Counted from the first letter of the stretch, positions 21,248 through 31,309 are shown. The stretch is 64,000 nucleotides of DNA from an uncultured delta proteobacterium (GCA_963816145.1 CAWFJP010000001.1:32001-96000); one strand, 5' to 3'. Notes: generated from the letters alone by a model not told the origin. Numbers and translations: made by a program.

Positions 21248-21292
21248 TCCCACGGCCGCGGTTATATGCGCCTTTATTTCTCAAGTTTGAAA
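21248..21292. promoter_or_regulatory. Putative tandem upstream activator sites
   Basis: TCCCA-CGGC-CGCGG (21248, weak) and TCTCA-AGTT-TGAAA (21279), 31 bp apart. Confidence 0.45.
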
Positions 21293-21342
21293 ATCGACTT
21301 CTGCTTCAGACCCTAAAAACTTGCGTTTTTGCCACCTAGAGC

Positions 21343-21357
21343 TGGCATAAATTCTGC
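21343..21357 (+). promoter_or_regulatory. Sigma-54 promoter
   Basis: TGGCA-TAAATT-CTGC. Confidence 0.65.
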
Positions 21358-21491
21358 CACATAGTAATTCGTGCCACACGAACCGCCGGCGTCAGCCATG
21401 CGCACCCAGCGCAGGTCGTGCGGCCGTAGGGCCAAACGCCGCGGGAGGAGCACAATGACGAGCCTGGTAGCGGCAAGGAGAAGCAATTGAG

Positions 21492-22100
21492 ATGTCCAGT
21501 GAAGAGGCAAGCAAATTAATTACCCTGCCCGTCGATCGCCCCATCTGGGAACGGGTCTTTTGCGTCGCGCCGTTGGTGATCGTCGGCAGCAAAGAGCCGA
21601 CCGGCGAGTACGATCTGGCGCCCAAGCATATGGCCATGCCTCTGGGGTGGGGTAATTATTTCTGTTTTGTTTGCAGTCCGCGCCACGCTACTTATCACAA
21701 CATCCGGCGCCACGGCGCATTTACGGTCAGCTACCCGCGCGTCGGTGAGGTTATTTACACATCTCTCGCTGCGGCGCCTCGCTCCGAAGACCAGTCAAAA
21801 CCGAGCTTGCTGGCCCTGCCCACGTTGGCCGCAAGCAAAGTCGACGGCGTCTTGGTCACGGGCTGTTATTTATATCTGGAGTGCAGCCTGCACAGCATGC
21901 TCGACGATTTCGACGGCTACAGCTTAATCATCGGCAAAATCGTGGCGGCAGCCGCGCATGAAGACGCCTTGCGCAAACAAGAGATCGACGACAGCGATCA
22001 GATCTTCCGCTTCCCTTTGCTGGCTTACTTGCAACCCGGCCGGATTGCGGAGATTCGCCAGAGCACGACATTTCCGCTGCCGGAGGGTTTTTCCCGTTGA
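21492..22100 (+). CDS. Flavin reductase-like (DIM6/NTAB) protein
   Basis: APLVIVGS, HATYHNI....AFTVS, LEC and LIIGKIV motifs. Confidence 0.8.
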   Translation: MSSEEASKLITLPVDRPIWERVFCVAPLVIVGSKEPTGEYDLAPKHMAMPLGWGNYFCFVCSPRHATYHNIRRHGAFTVSYPRVGEVIYTSLAAAPRSEDQSKPSLLALPTLAASKVDGVLVTGCYLYLECSLHSMLDDFDGYSLIIGKIVAAAAHEDALRKQEIDDSDQIFRFPLLAYLQPGRIAEIRQSTTFPLPEGFSR

Positions 22101-22190
22101 ACGAAGAGGCCGATCGTGAATCGCAGAGGATGTCATGCGTGATTTCGCGAAGCCAAAGAGTCATTCAATTCCATTACCGGGGTTAAGACC

Positions 22191-23420
22191 ATGACGGGAT
22201 TGGCGGACCTCGATGTTAGGCGCATCGTCGACTACTTGCAGCAACAGCGCGCGGGCATGATTGAGTTGCTGCAGCGCCTGGTCTTGACTGAATCTTCTTC
22301 CGAGGATCCAACCGGGCTGGATCAGGTGATGGCGATCTTGGCCGCGGAGCTCAAGTCGTCCGGAATGTCGGTGCGCCGCCTGCCTGGGCGCGCTTCAGGC
22401 GGTCTAGTGTACGCGCGCCAACTTCGGCAGCCGGCGAGATTCCCTTTCCAGTTGCTCATCGGCCATTGCGATACGGTCTGGCCCGCGGGGACTCTTGGCA
22501 GCATGCCCGTGCGCGCAGAAAGCGGTATTCTTTACGGGCCGGGCGTCTTCGACATGAAGGCGGGATTGGTGCAGATGATCTACGCTCTGCGCGCGCTCGG
22601 CGAGTTAAACCTCGACGCGCCGGCATCCTGCAAGGTCGTGATCAACTCCGACGAAGAAATCGGCAGCCCGGATTCCACGCCGCTGATCCGCAGCCTGGCA
22701 CGGCGCGCCCAACGCGCTTTCATCCTGGAGCCGGCCTTCGGCAAGTCAGGGAAGCTCAAAACGGCACGCAAAGCGGTGGGCAATTTCACGCTGACGATCA
22801 AGGGCCGAGCGGCTCATGCCGGCGTCAGCCCCGAGGAAGGCGCCAGCGCGATCCTTGAGCTGTCGCATCAAGTTCAGCGCCTTTTTGCGCTCAATGATCC
22901 GTCACGGGGCATCACGGTCAACGTCGGCACCATTGCCGGCGGCACTCGATCCAACGTGATCGCCGCCGAGGTTCGCGCCAACATCGATGTGCGCGTGCGC
23001 ACGCTTGACGATGCCCAAACGGTCGAATCGGCGATTCGCAGCTTATCCCCGGTCAATTCGGAAACGGTGCTTCACGTCAACGGCGGTTTCGATCATCCGC
23101 CGATGGAGCCGTCGGAACGTAACCAGGCGCTCTGGTGGCTGGCGCAAGAAACCGGAAGGCGCTTGGGATTGGAGCTCGAACAAGCCGCGGTGGGCGGAGC
23201 TTCGGACGGCAACACCACGAGCCAATACACGGCGACTCTCGATGGCTTGGGGGCGGTTGGAGACGGTGCGCACGCCGCCCATGAATATGTCGAACTACTT
23301 TGCCTGGCAGAACGCGCGGCGTTGCTTGCGCTTCTCCTTATGGCACCGATCTCCGTTTCCGACAAAACCGATCAAAGTCGCCGAGCCGGCAGGATTTCGT
23401 CATCAGGAGCGCAGTCATGA
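22191..23420 (+). CDS. M20 family metallopeptidase (carboxypeptidase G2-like)
   Basis: GHCDTVW, GPGVFDMKAG, SDEEIGS, GGASDGN and GAHAAHE motifs. Confidence 0.9.
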   Translation: MTGLADLDVRRIVDYLQQQRAGMIELLQRLVLTESSSEDPTGLDQVMAILAAELKSSGMSVRRLPGRASGGLVYARQLRQPARFPFQLLIGHCDTVWPAGTLGSMPVRAESGILYGPGVFDMKAGLVQMIYALRALGELNLDAPASCKVVINSDEEIGSPDSTPLIRSLARRAQRAFILEPAFGKSGKLKTARKAVGNFTLTIKGRAAHAGVSPEEGASAILELSHQVQRLFALNDPSRGITVNVGTIAGGTRSNVIAAEVRANIDVRVRTLDDAQTVESAIRSLSPVNSETVLHVNGGFDHPPMEPSERNQALWWLAQETGRRLGLELEQAAVGGASDGNTTSQYTATLDGLGAVGDGAHAAHEYVELLCLAERAALLALLLMAPISVSDKTDQSRRAGRISSSGAQS

Positions 23421-25060
23421 TCATCGCCCGGGAAGCCACCAGCGTCGATGTGCCGGCAATTACAGAGATCTTTCAAGCTTGTTACGGCACCGCTTATTCG
23501 GACTCGCGTTTCTATGATCCGACGGCGCTCAACAAAATGGTGATTTCCGATGACACACTGATGCTCGTCGCAGAGGACCAAGACACAGGTAAGATCTTGG
23601 GCACGGCATCGGTGATTCTCGAAGTGGGGGCCTACGCGGACCTGACGGGTGAATTCGGTCGTTTGGCGGTGCGCCCCGAAGCGCGCAACCGGGGCATTGG
23701 CAAGCTCCTCATGGAGGAACGGCTGCGGCGGGTCGAAGGTCGGCTGCAACTCGGAATCATCGAAGGGCGCACCGCTCATCCTTACACCTTGAAGATTGCC
23801 GAAGGCCATCAGTTCAACCCGGTCGGGTTCCTCCCCTTGAAGTGGCAGCTCCAAAGCCGCGAAAGCATCGCGCTGCTCGCGCGCCACTTCGGCAACGCTC
23901 TGGAGCTGCGCAAAAATCATCCGCGTCTCGTTCCCGAAGCTTATCCCCTCGCCTGCTTGGCACTGGAGAACTGCGGAATCAAGCCCGATGCCATTGTCGA
24001 TGAGGAAGCGGCGCCCTATCCTCCGGGCAGCGCCTATAGCCTGCAAGAGTTAACCACGGAAGGATACGCGGCTTTGCTGCGTATCGAGCGCGGGCGCGTG
24101 CGCAACCGTGAAATCTTTGGGCCGTTGCGGCTTCATTACGGTCTCTTTTTGGTTCAAGCGCGCAAATCACGCTATCTCATTGCTCGTGAAAACGGCGCAA
24201 TTGCCGGGGCCGTCGGGTTTATTCTCGACCCGGCGGAGAAAGTCGTGCGCGTATTCGAGTTGATTTCGCTGCACGACGACGTCGTTCGCTACTTGCTTGC
24301 GGAACTGGAGCGGCTGTGCCGCCAGGAGTGGCAGATCTGCTACGTTGAGATCGACGTGAGCGCCTATTCGCCGCGCATGCAGCGCACGCTGGTCGAGATC
24401 GGTTTCCTTCCCGCCGCCTATGTTCCCGCGCTGGTCTTTCACGAAGTCGAGCGCCTCGATACGATCAAGATGGTGCGTCTCTTGGCGCCACTGCAAGTAG
24501 ACACCCGGTACCTCACGCCGCGCGCGCGAGTCATCGCTGAAACCGTACTGCGTCTCTTCAAGAGTCGCAGTGTCTTGCCGCTGATTGCGCAAGCGGCACG
24601 GCAGCTACCGCTGTTCTGCGGCTTGAATACCGAACAGATCAGACGTCTGGCCCGCGTCTGCACGATCTCGACGTTCGAACCGGGAGCGATCATTTTCCGC
24701 GAGGGCGATGAGAGCGATCGACTTTACGTCGTGATCGAGGGCAACGCAGCTATTGCTATCGAAGCCGTTGGTGGCTCGGTCGGCATGGTCACCGGCGGGG
24801 AGTGCCTGGGTGAGATTTCACTGCTGACAGCCACCCCTCACTCGGCAACAGCCACGGCCCGGACAGTGGTCGAGACCGCGGTGCTCGATCGCCAAAACCT
24901 TGCGGAGCTTATACGGTTGCGGCCGGATATCGGCGTGCAGATTTACAAAAATCTTGCCGCGGGACTGGGGGAAAAACTCAAGCGCGCGGACCTTTCTGTA
25001 AATAGAGCCAGGCGCATGTCTCCACGCGCGCGAAGCTATCGCAGGAGCGATCGTCAATGA
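23417..25060 (+). CDS. GNAT acetyltransferase fused to C-terminal cyclic-nucleotide-binding domain
   Basis: AVRPEARNRGIGKLL acetyl-CoA motif; IFREGD..D.LYVV.EG and GECLGEISLL cNMP motifs. Confidence 0.85.
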   Translation: MIIAREATSVDVPAITEIFQACYGTAYSDSRFYDPTALNKMVISDDTLMLVAEDQDTGKILGTASVILEVGAYADLTGEFGRLAVRPEARNRGIGKLLMEERLRRVEGRLQLGIIEGRTAHPYTLKIAEGHQFNPVGFLPLKWQLQSRESIALLARHFGNALELRKNHPRLVPEAYPLACLALENCGIKPDAIVDEEAAPYPPGSAYSLQELTTEGYAALLRIERGRVRNREIFGPLRLHYGLFLVQARKSRYLIARENGAIAGAVGFILDPAEKVVRVFELISLHDDVVRYLLAELERLCRQEWQICYVEIDVSAYSPRMQRTLVEIGFLPAAYVPALVFHEVERLDTIKMVRLLAPLQVDTRYLTPRARVIAETVLRLFKSRSVLPLIAQAARQLPLFCGLNTEQIRRLARVCTISTFEPGAIIFREGDESDRLYVVIEGNAAIAIEAVGGSVGMVTGGECLGEISLLTATPHSATATARTVVETAVLDRQNLAELIRLRPDIGVQIYKNLAAGLGEKLKRADLSVNRARRMSPRARSYRRSDRQ

Positions 25061-25103
25061 AAATCACGATAGCGTAATCAAAGCGGACATCGGCTCCATC
25101 GGC
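25057..25103 (+). pseudogene. Remnant of class V FBP aldolase/phosphatase (first 16 codons)
   Basis: AGGAG RBS then MKIT(I)SVIKADIGSIG with one base missing; the rest of the gene is absent. Confidence 0.7.
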
Positions 25104-25267
25104 GTTTGGCGCGTCGCTGAGGAAAACTTGGGATACCGGTTAAGACGGTTAGTTCCGATCGCCAGCTTTTTGCGTAACATATGCGGTTGCGGCCGGATAT
25201 TGGCTTGCAGATCTTCAAGCATCTTACCGTGGTGCGGGGGAAAAGCTGAAGCGCGGGGACATCTCTT

Positions 25268-25621
25268 TCATCGCATCGGCCATAACGCCGTTCTTTCCAG
25301 AACGGACTCTGTCTCTAGCAACACTTGTCGGTCATCAAAGCGAATGACTTTCAATCCTTGCTCTTCCAGCTCCCTGGTCCGTTGAGCGTCGTAGTTTGCT
25401 TGTCCGCGTTCCAAATGCTGAGCGCCGTCCAGTTCGATGACTAGTATTGCCACCGGTGCATAAGAGTCAGCGCTGTAGTTGCCGATGGGCTTTTGCCTGT
25501 AGAATTGCCCGCCGCGAATTTGTTTTCGCCGCAGGCGGTACCACAAATGAAGTTCGGCATCGGTTGAATTGGTACGCAAGGAGCGAGCTTTGGCCTTGAG
25601 CCTTCGATTGTCGGTTAACAG
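25268..25621 (-). pseudogene. DUF559/Vsr-like endonuclease, decaying
   Basis: ARSLRTNST.AE..LW..LR, FYRQKPIG and IELDGAQH motifs; expected start is CTG and the usual IVDF reads SADS. Confidence 0.75.
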
Positions 25622-25626
25622 CTGAC

Positions 25627-25661
25627 AAATCCCCCCGGCCCCCCTTTTTCAAAGGGAGGTG
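25627..25661. repeat. CCCCCTTT..AAAGGG hairpin repeat flanking DUF559
   Basis: Same family as the doublet at 57700-57792. Confidence 0.65.
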
Positions 25662-25724
25662 AAACCCATAGCAACAGCGTTCCTTGCCAAATTCCACCGA
25701 TTCGATTACGCAAAAAACCGTAAT

Positions 25725-26210
25725 TCAAATATGGCCGCGCGCATCCTGTAATTTTTTGTACCAGTCGGGCACGCTGAATTCGTCGACCCGATAGGTCGGC
25801 CGGTAGCCTTTGATATCGAGGATCGGCGTGCCGTCGAAAAAGTCGAGCCCGCTGACTTTGAGAAATCGACCGTTACGTCCAAGCAAGCGAACGAGCGTGA
25901 GGCCGATCGGATTGGGCCGCGTCGGCGAATCCAAGGCGAAGACGCCGAGCAGCGGCAGTTCCTCTAGTTTGAAACCTCTATTGACCAGCCGTCTCGGCTT
26001 CACCTGCAACGGACCGATCTGATCGGACCTGAGCCGATCAAAATACGCAAGGACAAAAAGATGGGAGTAACCGTCGATGCCTTCCAGCGCCGGTTCAAAC
26101 TCGGCGTAGATTTCCAATTCTCCTGCCAGATCTTTGCCCTCCCCGCGAATGTCGGCTTCGGAAGACTGTGTTTTGACCTGACCAATCGGCTTAAAAATAA
26201 TTTCAGGCAT
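25725..26210 (-). CDS. tsaA: TsaA/TrmO-family SAM-dependent methyltransferase (tRNA m6t6A37)
   Basis: FKPIG, GVFALDSPTRPNPIGLT and GLD..DGTPILDIK motifs. Confidence 0.85.
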   Translation of the reverse strand: MPEIIFKPIGQVKTQSSEADIRGEGKDLAGELEIYAEFEPALEGIDGYSHLFVLAYFDRLRSDQIGPLQVKPRRLVNRGFKLEELPLLGVFALDSPTRPNPIGLTLVRLLGRNGRFLKVSGLDFFDGTPILDIKGYRPTYRVDEFSVPDWYKKLQDARGHI

Positions 26211-26268
26211 AAAGAACTCCGTTCCGGCGGCACTGAGAGATCCGCAAGACTTACCGATCTCGCCGCGG

Positions 26269-26709
26269 TTATTTGGCCGGCGTCGTGGCGTCGTGCTTAA
26301 GAAATGCCACCAAGTCGATCAGCTCTTGCACCGTCAAGAAGTAATTATAATTGCCCATGGCGGCTTTCCCGTCTTTGACCGTGTATCCGGGAGCGGCTAC
26401 TGCCGTATGTGCTTTGATGATCGACGAAGCCAGGTACTCTTTGGGCAGAACCGCGTATCCGGTCAGCTCCGGTCCGATGTTGCCGGGTCGTGCGGCGAAC
26501 GATTCCTTCGGCAGTTTGATCGTGTGGCACGCGTGGCATTCCAATTTGGTGAAAAGCTGCTTGCCGGTTTCGTGGTTGCCATCGGGGAATGAAAAGCTCC
26601 AGCCTTTGGGCAGGCTCGGTTTAGCCGGACTTGCCTTTTGCGCCAGCGCCATACCAGACAGCGATAGTGCCAGCGTCAATGTTAATGCATATGGTATGAT
26701 TCGTTTCAC
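26269..26709 (-). CDS. Mono-heme c-type cytochrome (SoxX-like fold)
   Basis: Signal peptide, CHACH, GNIGPELT, distal Met, LIDLVAFL. Confidence 0.8.
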   Translation of the reverse strand: MKRIIPYALTLTLALSLSGMALAQKASPAKPSLPKGWSFSFPDGNHETGKQLFTKLECHACHTIKLPKESFAARPGNIGPELTGYAVLPKEYLASSIIKAHTAVAAPGYTVKDGKAAMGNYNYFLTVQELIDLVAFLKHDATTPAK

Positions 26710-27280
26710 AACTCGATCTCCTTTAGTTGCGCATAATGATCAGCAGTCTTTCACAGAAGGCATGATAAACTTTTTCTATGCATGCCAGAGAATCGCGAGG
26801 CACGGCCGTTCACGGCACCCCGGGAAAGGTAACTACTTTATGCCATCTTCGCCATAGGCAATCCCAGCCATGTTCACTTTCCTTTACAAAGTTGTGTTTG
26901 AATCCGTCTCATAAAATTTTCCTAATCTTCCACCGGTTCGCGAACCTGGTTCAACTTACCCAATCCTCAAAGGTCTCCGCGCCGCCGCACTTGATAGCGA
27001 TCCACCGCCGGGACTAATTGAGCAATTGATATGCCGCGAAAGATTCAATCGATGTCGTAGCCTTTTCACGCGTCCTTTCGCAGATCTGGCAATATCGCGA
27101 GTCACTTCTCTCAGGGATGCAGAAATTACCGCAGACATGATCTTCCGTGGACGGCAATACAATGCCATCAGAGACGTCGTTTTTGGATTTCGACTGAGAC
27201 TCTTTCAGCGTCCTCTTGGTTTCATCCATACAGCGCGCCAAGGACGCCATCCGCCGCGCTCCGGCCAACGCAACTAATGA

Positions 27281-27590
27281 TTATTTTTCTAAACCCCGGA
27301 CGAAACCTTGCTGAACCATCTTGTCTCTCGTCACCCCAAGCGCTTTGATCTGCCTAGTCTCGCCTTTGAAGGTCGCGCTAACGGAATAATTTCCCGGCGG
27401 CAGCTGGATGTGGAACAGGGGCCGTCGGTTGCGAGAGAAGCGATCTCAGCGCCTTTTGCGGTCGCGATCCGCACCGTCTGACCTGAGATAAATGATCCGT
27501 CCTTGGCCGCGAAGACGAGCTTGATGTTATAGCGTTTGGCACACTCTTCGATTGTTGCGCGCTCACCCTTGCTCAGCCAACGGAAAAGCA
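27281..27590 (-). pseudogene. Carboxypeptidase-regulatory-like domain exported protein, frameshifted and N-terminally truncated
   Basis: Manual translation KGERATIEECAKRYNIKLVFAAKDG...TDGP / FHIQLPPGNYSVSATFKGE across a frameshift near 27419. Confidence 0.6.
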
Positions 27591-27636
27591 GAACCAGAGT
27601 ATTTTATGAATCAAATCGGAGGGTAGAATCAGCCTG

Positions 27637-27987
27637 TTATCTTTCTTCCAACTCTTTCTTGAGCTCTTCCAACTTGTCGCTCTGGCGCTGTATTTCGAGG
27701 TCGCATTGTTGGATCTTTTGATCGATATCGTTGCGTTTTTTTTCTAGTGCCTCGACCTGGCCACCGATGACAAACCCGGCGCACCAGCCAAGAGCTGCTC
27801 CGGCGATGCCTCCGGTCCAGGTATATCCAGACACACTACCGATACCTGCACCTACAGTAGAACCGACTACTGCGCCAGAGCCGGCGGTCTTTTGTCGCGT
27901 CGTTAACGGATCAGAGCAGGCAAAAACAACCGCCAGTAAAAACACGCTAGTAATTGCCAGAACGCGATGTCTCATACACGCTTCCAT
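27637..27987 (-). CDS. Glycine-zipper lipoprotein with coiled-coil tail
   Basis: Lipobox VFAC and GxxxG repeats. Confidence 0.75.
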   Translation of the reverse strand: MEACMRHRVLAITSVFLLAVVFACSDPLTTRQKTAGSGAVVGSTVGAGIGSVSGYTWTGGIAGAALGWCAGFVIGGQVEALEKKRNDIDQKIQQCDLEIQRQSDKLEELKKELEER

Positions 27988-28012
27988 CCATCAACCACAT
28001 GACAAGCCAAGC

Positions 28013-28027
28013 GCAAACTTCATGCCG
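28013..28027 (-). promoter_or_regulatory. Sigma-54 promoter
   Basis: CGGCA-TGAAGT-TTGC. Confidence 0.7.
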
Positions 28028-28124
28028 CCGGTTCTCGTTACTGGGCGCCGTCCAAGACCACAACACAAAAGATCTGACCTAGAAGAGTCTCACTCGCGGT
28101 CTGAACTTGAATCCCTGAGGCTTC

Positions 28125-28305
28125 ACTCCCCGCAGCTTGGCGCGTGAAATAGCTGGCCAAACCGAAGTCCGTCATTGCCGCATGTTTTAAGCGGGAATCC
28201 AGGCGAATCCGGTTCTGGACCCCCGATAAAAACATTCGCGGGTGACGAGATCCGGGAACGTTCGCAGGCTGAGCTTTCGATACCCGTGAGCTCGCTGCGG
28301 GGTGG
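28125..28305. mobile_element. Non-autonomous element with IS200/IS605-like palindromic ends around a REP-like doublet
   Basis: CCCCGCAGCTTG left end, GCTCGCTGCGGGG right end, internal CGTCATT...ATCCAG / CTGGACCCCCG...GTGACG. Confidence 0.5.
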
Positions 28306-28416
28306 GTCATTTTAAGTTGCTTTTCGGCCGGTCTATTTACGCAGCACAAGCCAGTCGTGCAGCGATCCCGGTTTGGCGCCTGAGGGTTGGCTACTCGCCG
28401 GTTATCATTGGTGCGG

Positions 28417-30195
28417 TTAGCTCACCGCTTGCCGGCGAAAACCTAACAACCGGCCGATCAGCAAAAAACCACAGATCAAAAACACCAAAAAGACGCCGAG
28501 CACCGCGGCTTTTTCCTGGTCAGCCTCGGCGATGTAGTCCAACATCAGCAGCGACAGCGTGCGCGATTCGTGGGTCGACAGAAAAACCACGGTTGGGATA
28601 TCGCGCGCCGCGGAGATAAAGATAATAATCGCCACCGACACCATCGTCGGCTTCAGCAGCGGCAAAAGAATTCGCCGAAAGTAGTCCAGCCGGTTGGCAC
28701 CCGAGGCATTGGATGCCTCTTCCAACTCGGGACTGATCTGCTGCACGGCGGCTTTGATGATTTGCGTGCCGAGCGGCATTTCTTTGACAATGATCGCTAG
28801 CACCAAGAGCGAAACGGTGCCGTAGAGAAGCTTGATATAGTCGCCCGAGCCGAGCACGCTCCAGAGCAGCGCTAGACTGATCAAGACTCCGGGCAACGCC
28901 CAAGGCAACCAGGAAAGAATGTCGATAAAACCTCGGCCGGGGAGCTGGGTGCGGACAATCAAATAACTGATTAGCGCATAGGCCAATGTGCCGACCAGCG
29001 CCGCGCCCAGTCCCAGCACAATAGTGTTTTGCACCGAGCGTAAAAACACCGGATCGGTAAAGGTACCGCTCCAGTGGCGCGTTGTCCAAGTGGTTTCCAG
29101 ATCGAAGTGGCCGAACAGTTCCATAAACGTGCCGATCCCCAGCATCAGCAACGGCAGAATAATCGTCACGAAGATGAAAAGCAGCGACACGCCGCAAGTG
29201 AGCCAGCGCCAGCGGCCGAGCGTCTGGCTCTCGGCGATATGGCTGCGGCCGGTTACCGTCGTGAACTCGCGGCCGCGCAGAAAGTTTCGATGCAACCAGA
29301 CCAGCAGAAAGATCAACAGCAGAAAGATGCTGCACAAGGCGGTCGCCCTCTCGTAAAGCGGCGGCTCCCAGTGGAGGTAGTCCCAGATCTTCGTCGAGAC
29401 CACGAAGATGCCGGCGGGAATGCCAAGCACCATTTCAATCTCGAACGATTCCAGGCTCCTGATGAAACCCAGGGCTGTGGAGGCTAGAACTGCCGGCGCC
29501 AGCGCTGGAATCGTTACCCGAAAAAGAACGCCAGCCCGACTACTGCCACACACCAGCCCGGCCTCTTCCATAGCCGCATCCATGGCGCCAAACGCCGGGG
29601 TCATCAGCATGAAACGGACCGATGTACTGAATGCCAGATGGCACCAGACAATGCCCCAATAGGAGTAAATATTGAATGGCGCCTCGGCGAGCCCAAAGAG
29701 ACCGACGAGCCATCGGTTGATCAGGCCGTATTGTGGATCCAAGAGAAGAATCCAACCCATCGTCACCGGCAACAGCGGCAAGAAAAAACCGAGCCACAGC
29801 GCCAGCTCGATGAAGCCCTTGAACGGTGTGTCGGTGCGGGTCACCACCCAGGCAAAGAAAATCGCCAGCGCGGTGGTCACCACCACTCGCAGCGAAGCGA
29901 GCAGAAAAGTATTGCCGAGCGCGATCGGCAATTTGGCATCGCTAAAGGCTTCGATCCAACCCTGAATCGTCCAAACCGCCGGCTGGCCCGGCCGGCTGAC
30001 GACAAAACTTTTTAGAAACAGCACGACGACGGGGTATGCCAAAAGCACGACCAGCAGCCCGATCAACAAAAATGCCGCGATCGATGGCCAAAAGAGTTGC
30101 GGGTTGCGAAGTTTCTTAAACGCCAGCGGCTGACGGAGCGCCGTCCATGATGTTTCGAGCAGAGAGTTCACAATGATGCATACCTCAGCGACCAA
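28417..30195 (-). CDS. Fe3+/thiamine-type ABC transporter permease (FbpB-like)
   Basis: Two BPD transport domains with EEA motifs. Confidence 0.9.
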   Translation of the reverse strand: MVAEVCIIVNSLLETSWTALRQPLAFKKLRNPQLFWPSIAAFLLIGLLVVLLAYPVVVLFLKSFVVSRPGQPAVWTIQGWIEAFSDAKLPIALGNTFLLASLRVVVTTALAIFFAWVVTRTDTPFKGFIELALWLGFFLPLLPVTMGWILLLDPQYGLINRWLVGLFGLAEAPFNIYSYWGIVWCHLAFSTSVRFMLMTPAFGAMDAAMEEAGLVCGSSRAGVLFRVTIPALAPAVLASTALGFIRSLESFEIEMVLGIPAGIFVVSTKIWDYLHWEPPLYERATALCSIFLLLIFLLVWLHRNFLRGREFTTVTGRSHIAESQTLGRWRWLTCGVSLLFIFVTIILPLLMLGIGTFMELFGHFDLETTWTTRHWSGTFTDPVFLRSVQNTIVLGLGAALVGTLAYALISYLIVRTQLPGRGFIDILSWLPWALPGVLISLALLWSVLGSGDYIKLLYGTVSLLVLAIIVKEMPLGTQIIKAAVQQISPELEEASNASGANRLDYFRRILLPLLKPTMVSVAIIIFISAARDIPTVVFLSTHESRTLSLLMLDYIAEADQEKAAVLGVFLVFLICGFLLIGRLLGFRRQAVS

Positions 30196-31309
30196 AGAGT
30201 TCTTTGATCACTGCCTCCTCTTGGCCAGATCTGACAGCGTCCTTTTCATAGTAGCTGATCCAGTATTTGACGCCGGGTTTGAACCGCAGATAGGGCGGGA
30301 TATGATCCAAGGAAACATCGACCCGGCGTGATTGCAGATCCAAAGCTTTGCTCCACGTCGTCTGGCCGTCGCGACTGAGAAACCAATTGATAAACGCCAC
30401 CGCTGCATTGGGCCGCGGCGCGCGATTCAGCAGCGCGATGCAGCCCGACCCGGTGCCGATGTGGGTACCGAAGTCTTTGAATTCCGGCAATATGCCGAAC
30501 TTGAGACCGCGCCGCGCCAGCTGATACAGCATGCTGCTGTTGGGCGCGAGTAGCCAGGCGTACTTGCCCTGCGCTACCCACTCGATTTGGCGGCGCTGAT
30601 CCCGGTCCACCGCCCCCGCTTGGGCGCGCATTCTGCGCATAAAATCTGTCGCTCGATCGCTACCGAGAGTTCGCCACAACCATCGAAACATACTCGCGCT
30701 CGCTCCCGCAGGTAGCGGATCGTTGAGAACGATTTTGCCCTTCCACTTAGGATCGAGAAGCTTGTAAAGCTCGTCGATTTCTCTGACATTCGCCTGCTTC
30801 GGATCGTAAATCACCGGCGGGTTGGGCTGGCTGGTAAACACCAACGTATAACGCGTCGAGGAATTGGTGAACTCATGCCGGCCATCGCGCCAATATTTAG
30901 CATCCTTGACCTCCGGCAGGATCAGCGCCGAATCGATCCGCTCCAAAGCCCCCATGCCACCCAGGTCCATCATCGTCACCGCGCCGCCGATAAATACATC
31001 CACGCTGTACACTCCGCCGTCGCGTTCGGCTTTGATTCTCGTCTCCTGCTCGACCGCCCGTCCACCCGCGTATTCGAGCGTGATCTCAGGAAACGATTTT
31101 TTGAATGAATCCCGCAAGGCGTTACGGAGGGTTTCGCCCGCCGGACCAAAGACCACCACCTTGCCTTCCGCTTGGGCTGCCCTAACGGTCGTCTGCCAGG
31201 ATTGCTTCGGCGCGGTCTGAGATTGAGCGAACGCCAACGAAGGACTAACGCAATACGCAAACGCGCAGGCGAGAATAATCCCGATAAGACCATTGCAGAT
31301 AGCGCGCAT
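30185..31309 (-). CDS. ABC transporter extracellular solute-binding protein
   Basis: Signal peptide, AAQAEGKVVV, LLDPKWKGKI and APRPNAAVAFINWFLSRDGQ motifs. Confidence 0.85.
   Translation of the reverse strand: MRAICNGLIGIILACAFAYCVSPSLAFAQSQTAPKQSWQTTVRAAQAEGKVVVFGPAGETLRNALRDSFKKSFPEITLEYAGGRAVEQETRIKAERDGGVYSVDVFIGGAVTMMDLGGMGALERIDSALILPEVKDAKYWRDGRHEFTNSSTRYTLVFTSQPNPPVIYDPKQANVREIDELYKLLDPKWKGKIVLNDPLPAGASASMFRWLWRTLGSDRATDFMRRMRAQAGAVDRDQRRQIEWVAQGKYAWLLAPNSSMLYQLARRGLKFGILPEFKDFGTHIGTGSGCIALLNRAPRPNAAVAFINWFLSRDGQTTWSKALDLQSRRVDVSLDHIPPYLRFKPGVKYWISYYEKDAVRSGQEEAVIKELFGR

Noticed and set aside
26860-27270. Short Cys-containing ORFs on the minus strand
   Set aside because: No family motif, promoter or paralog to support them.
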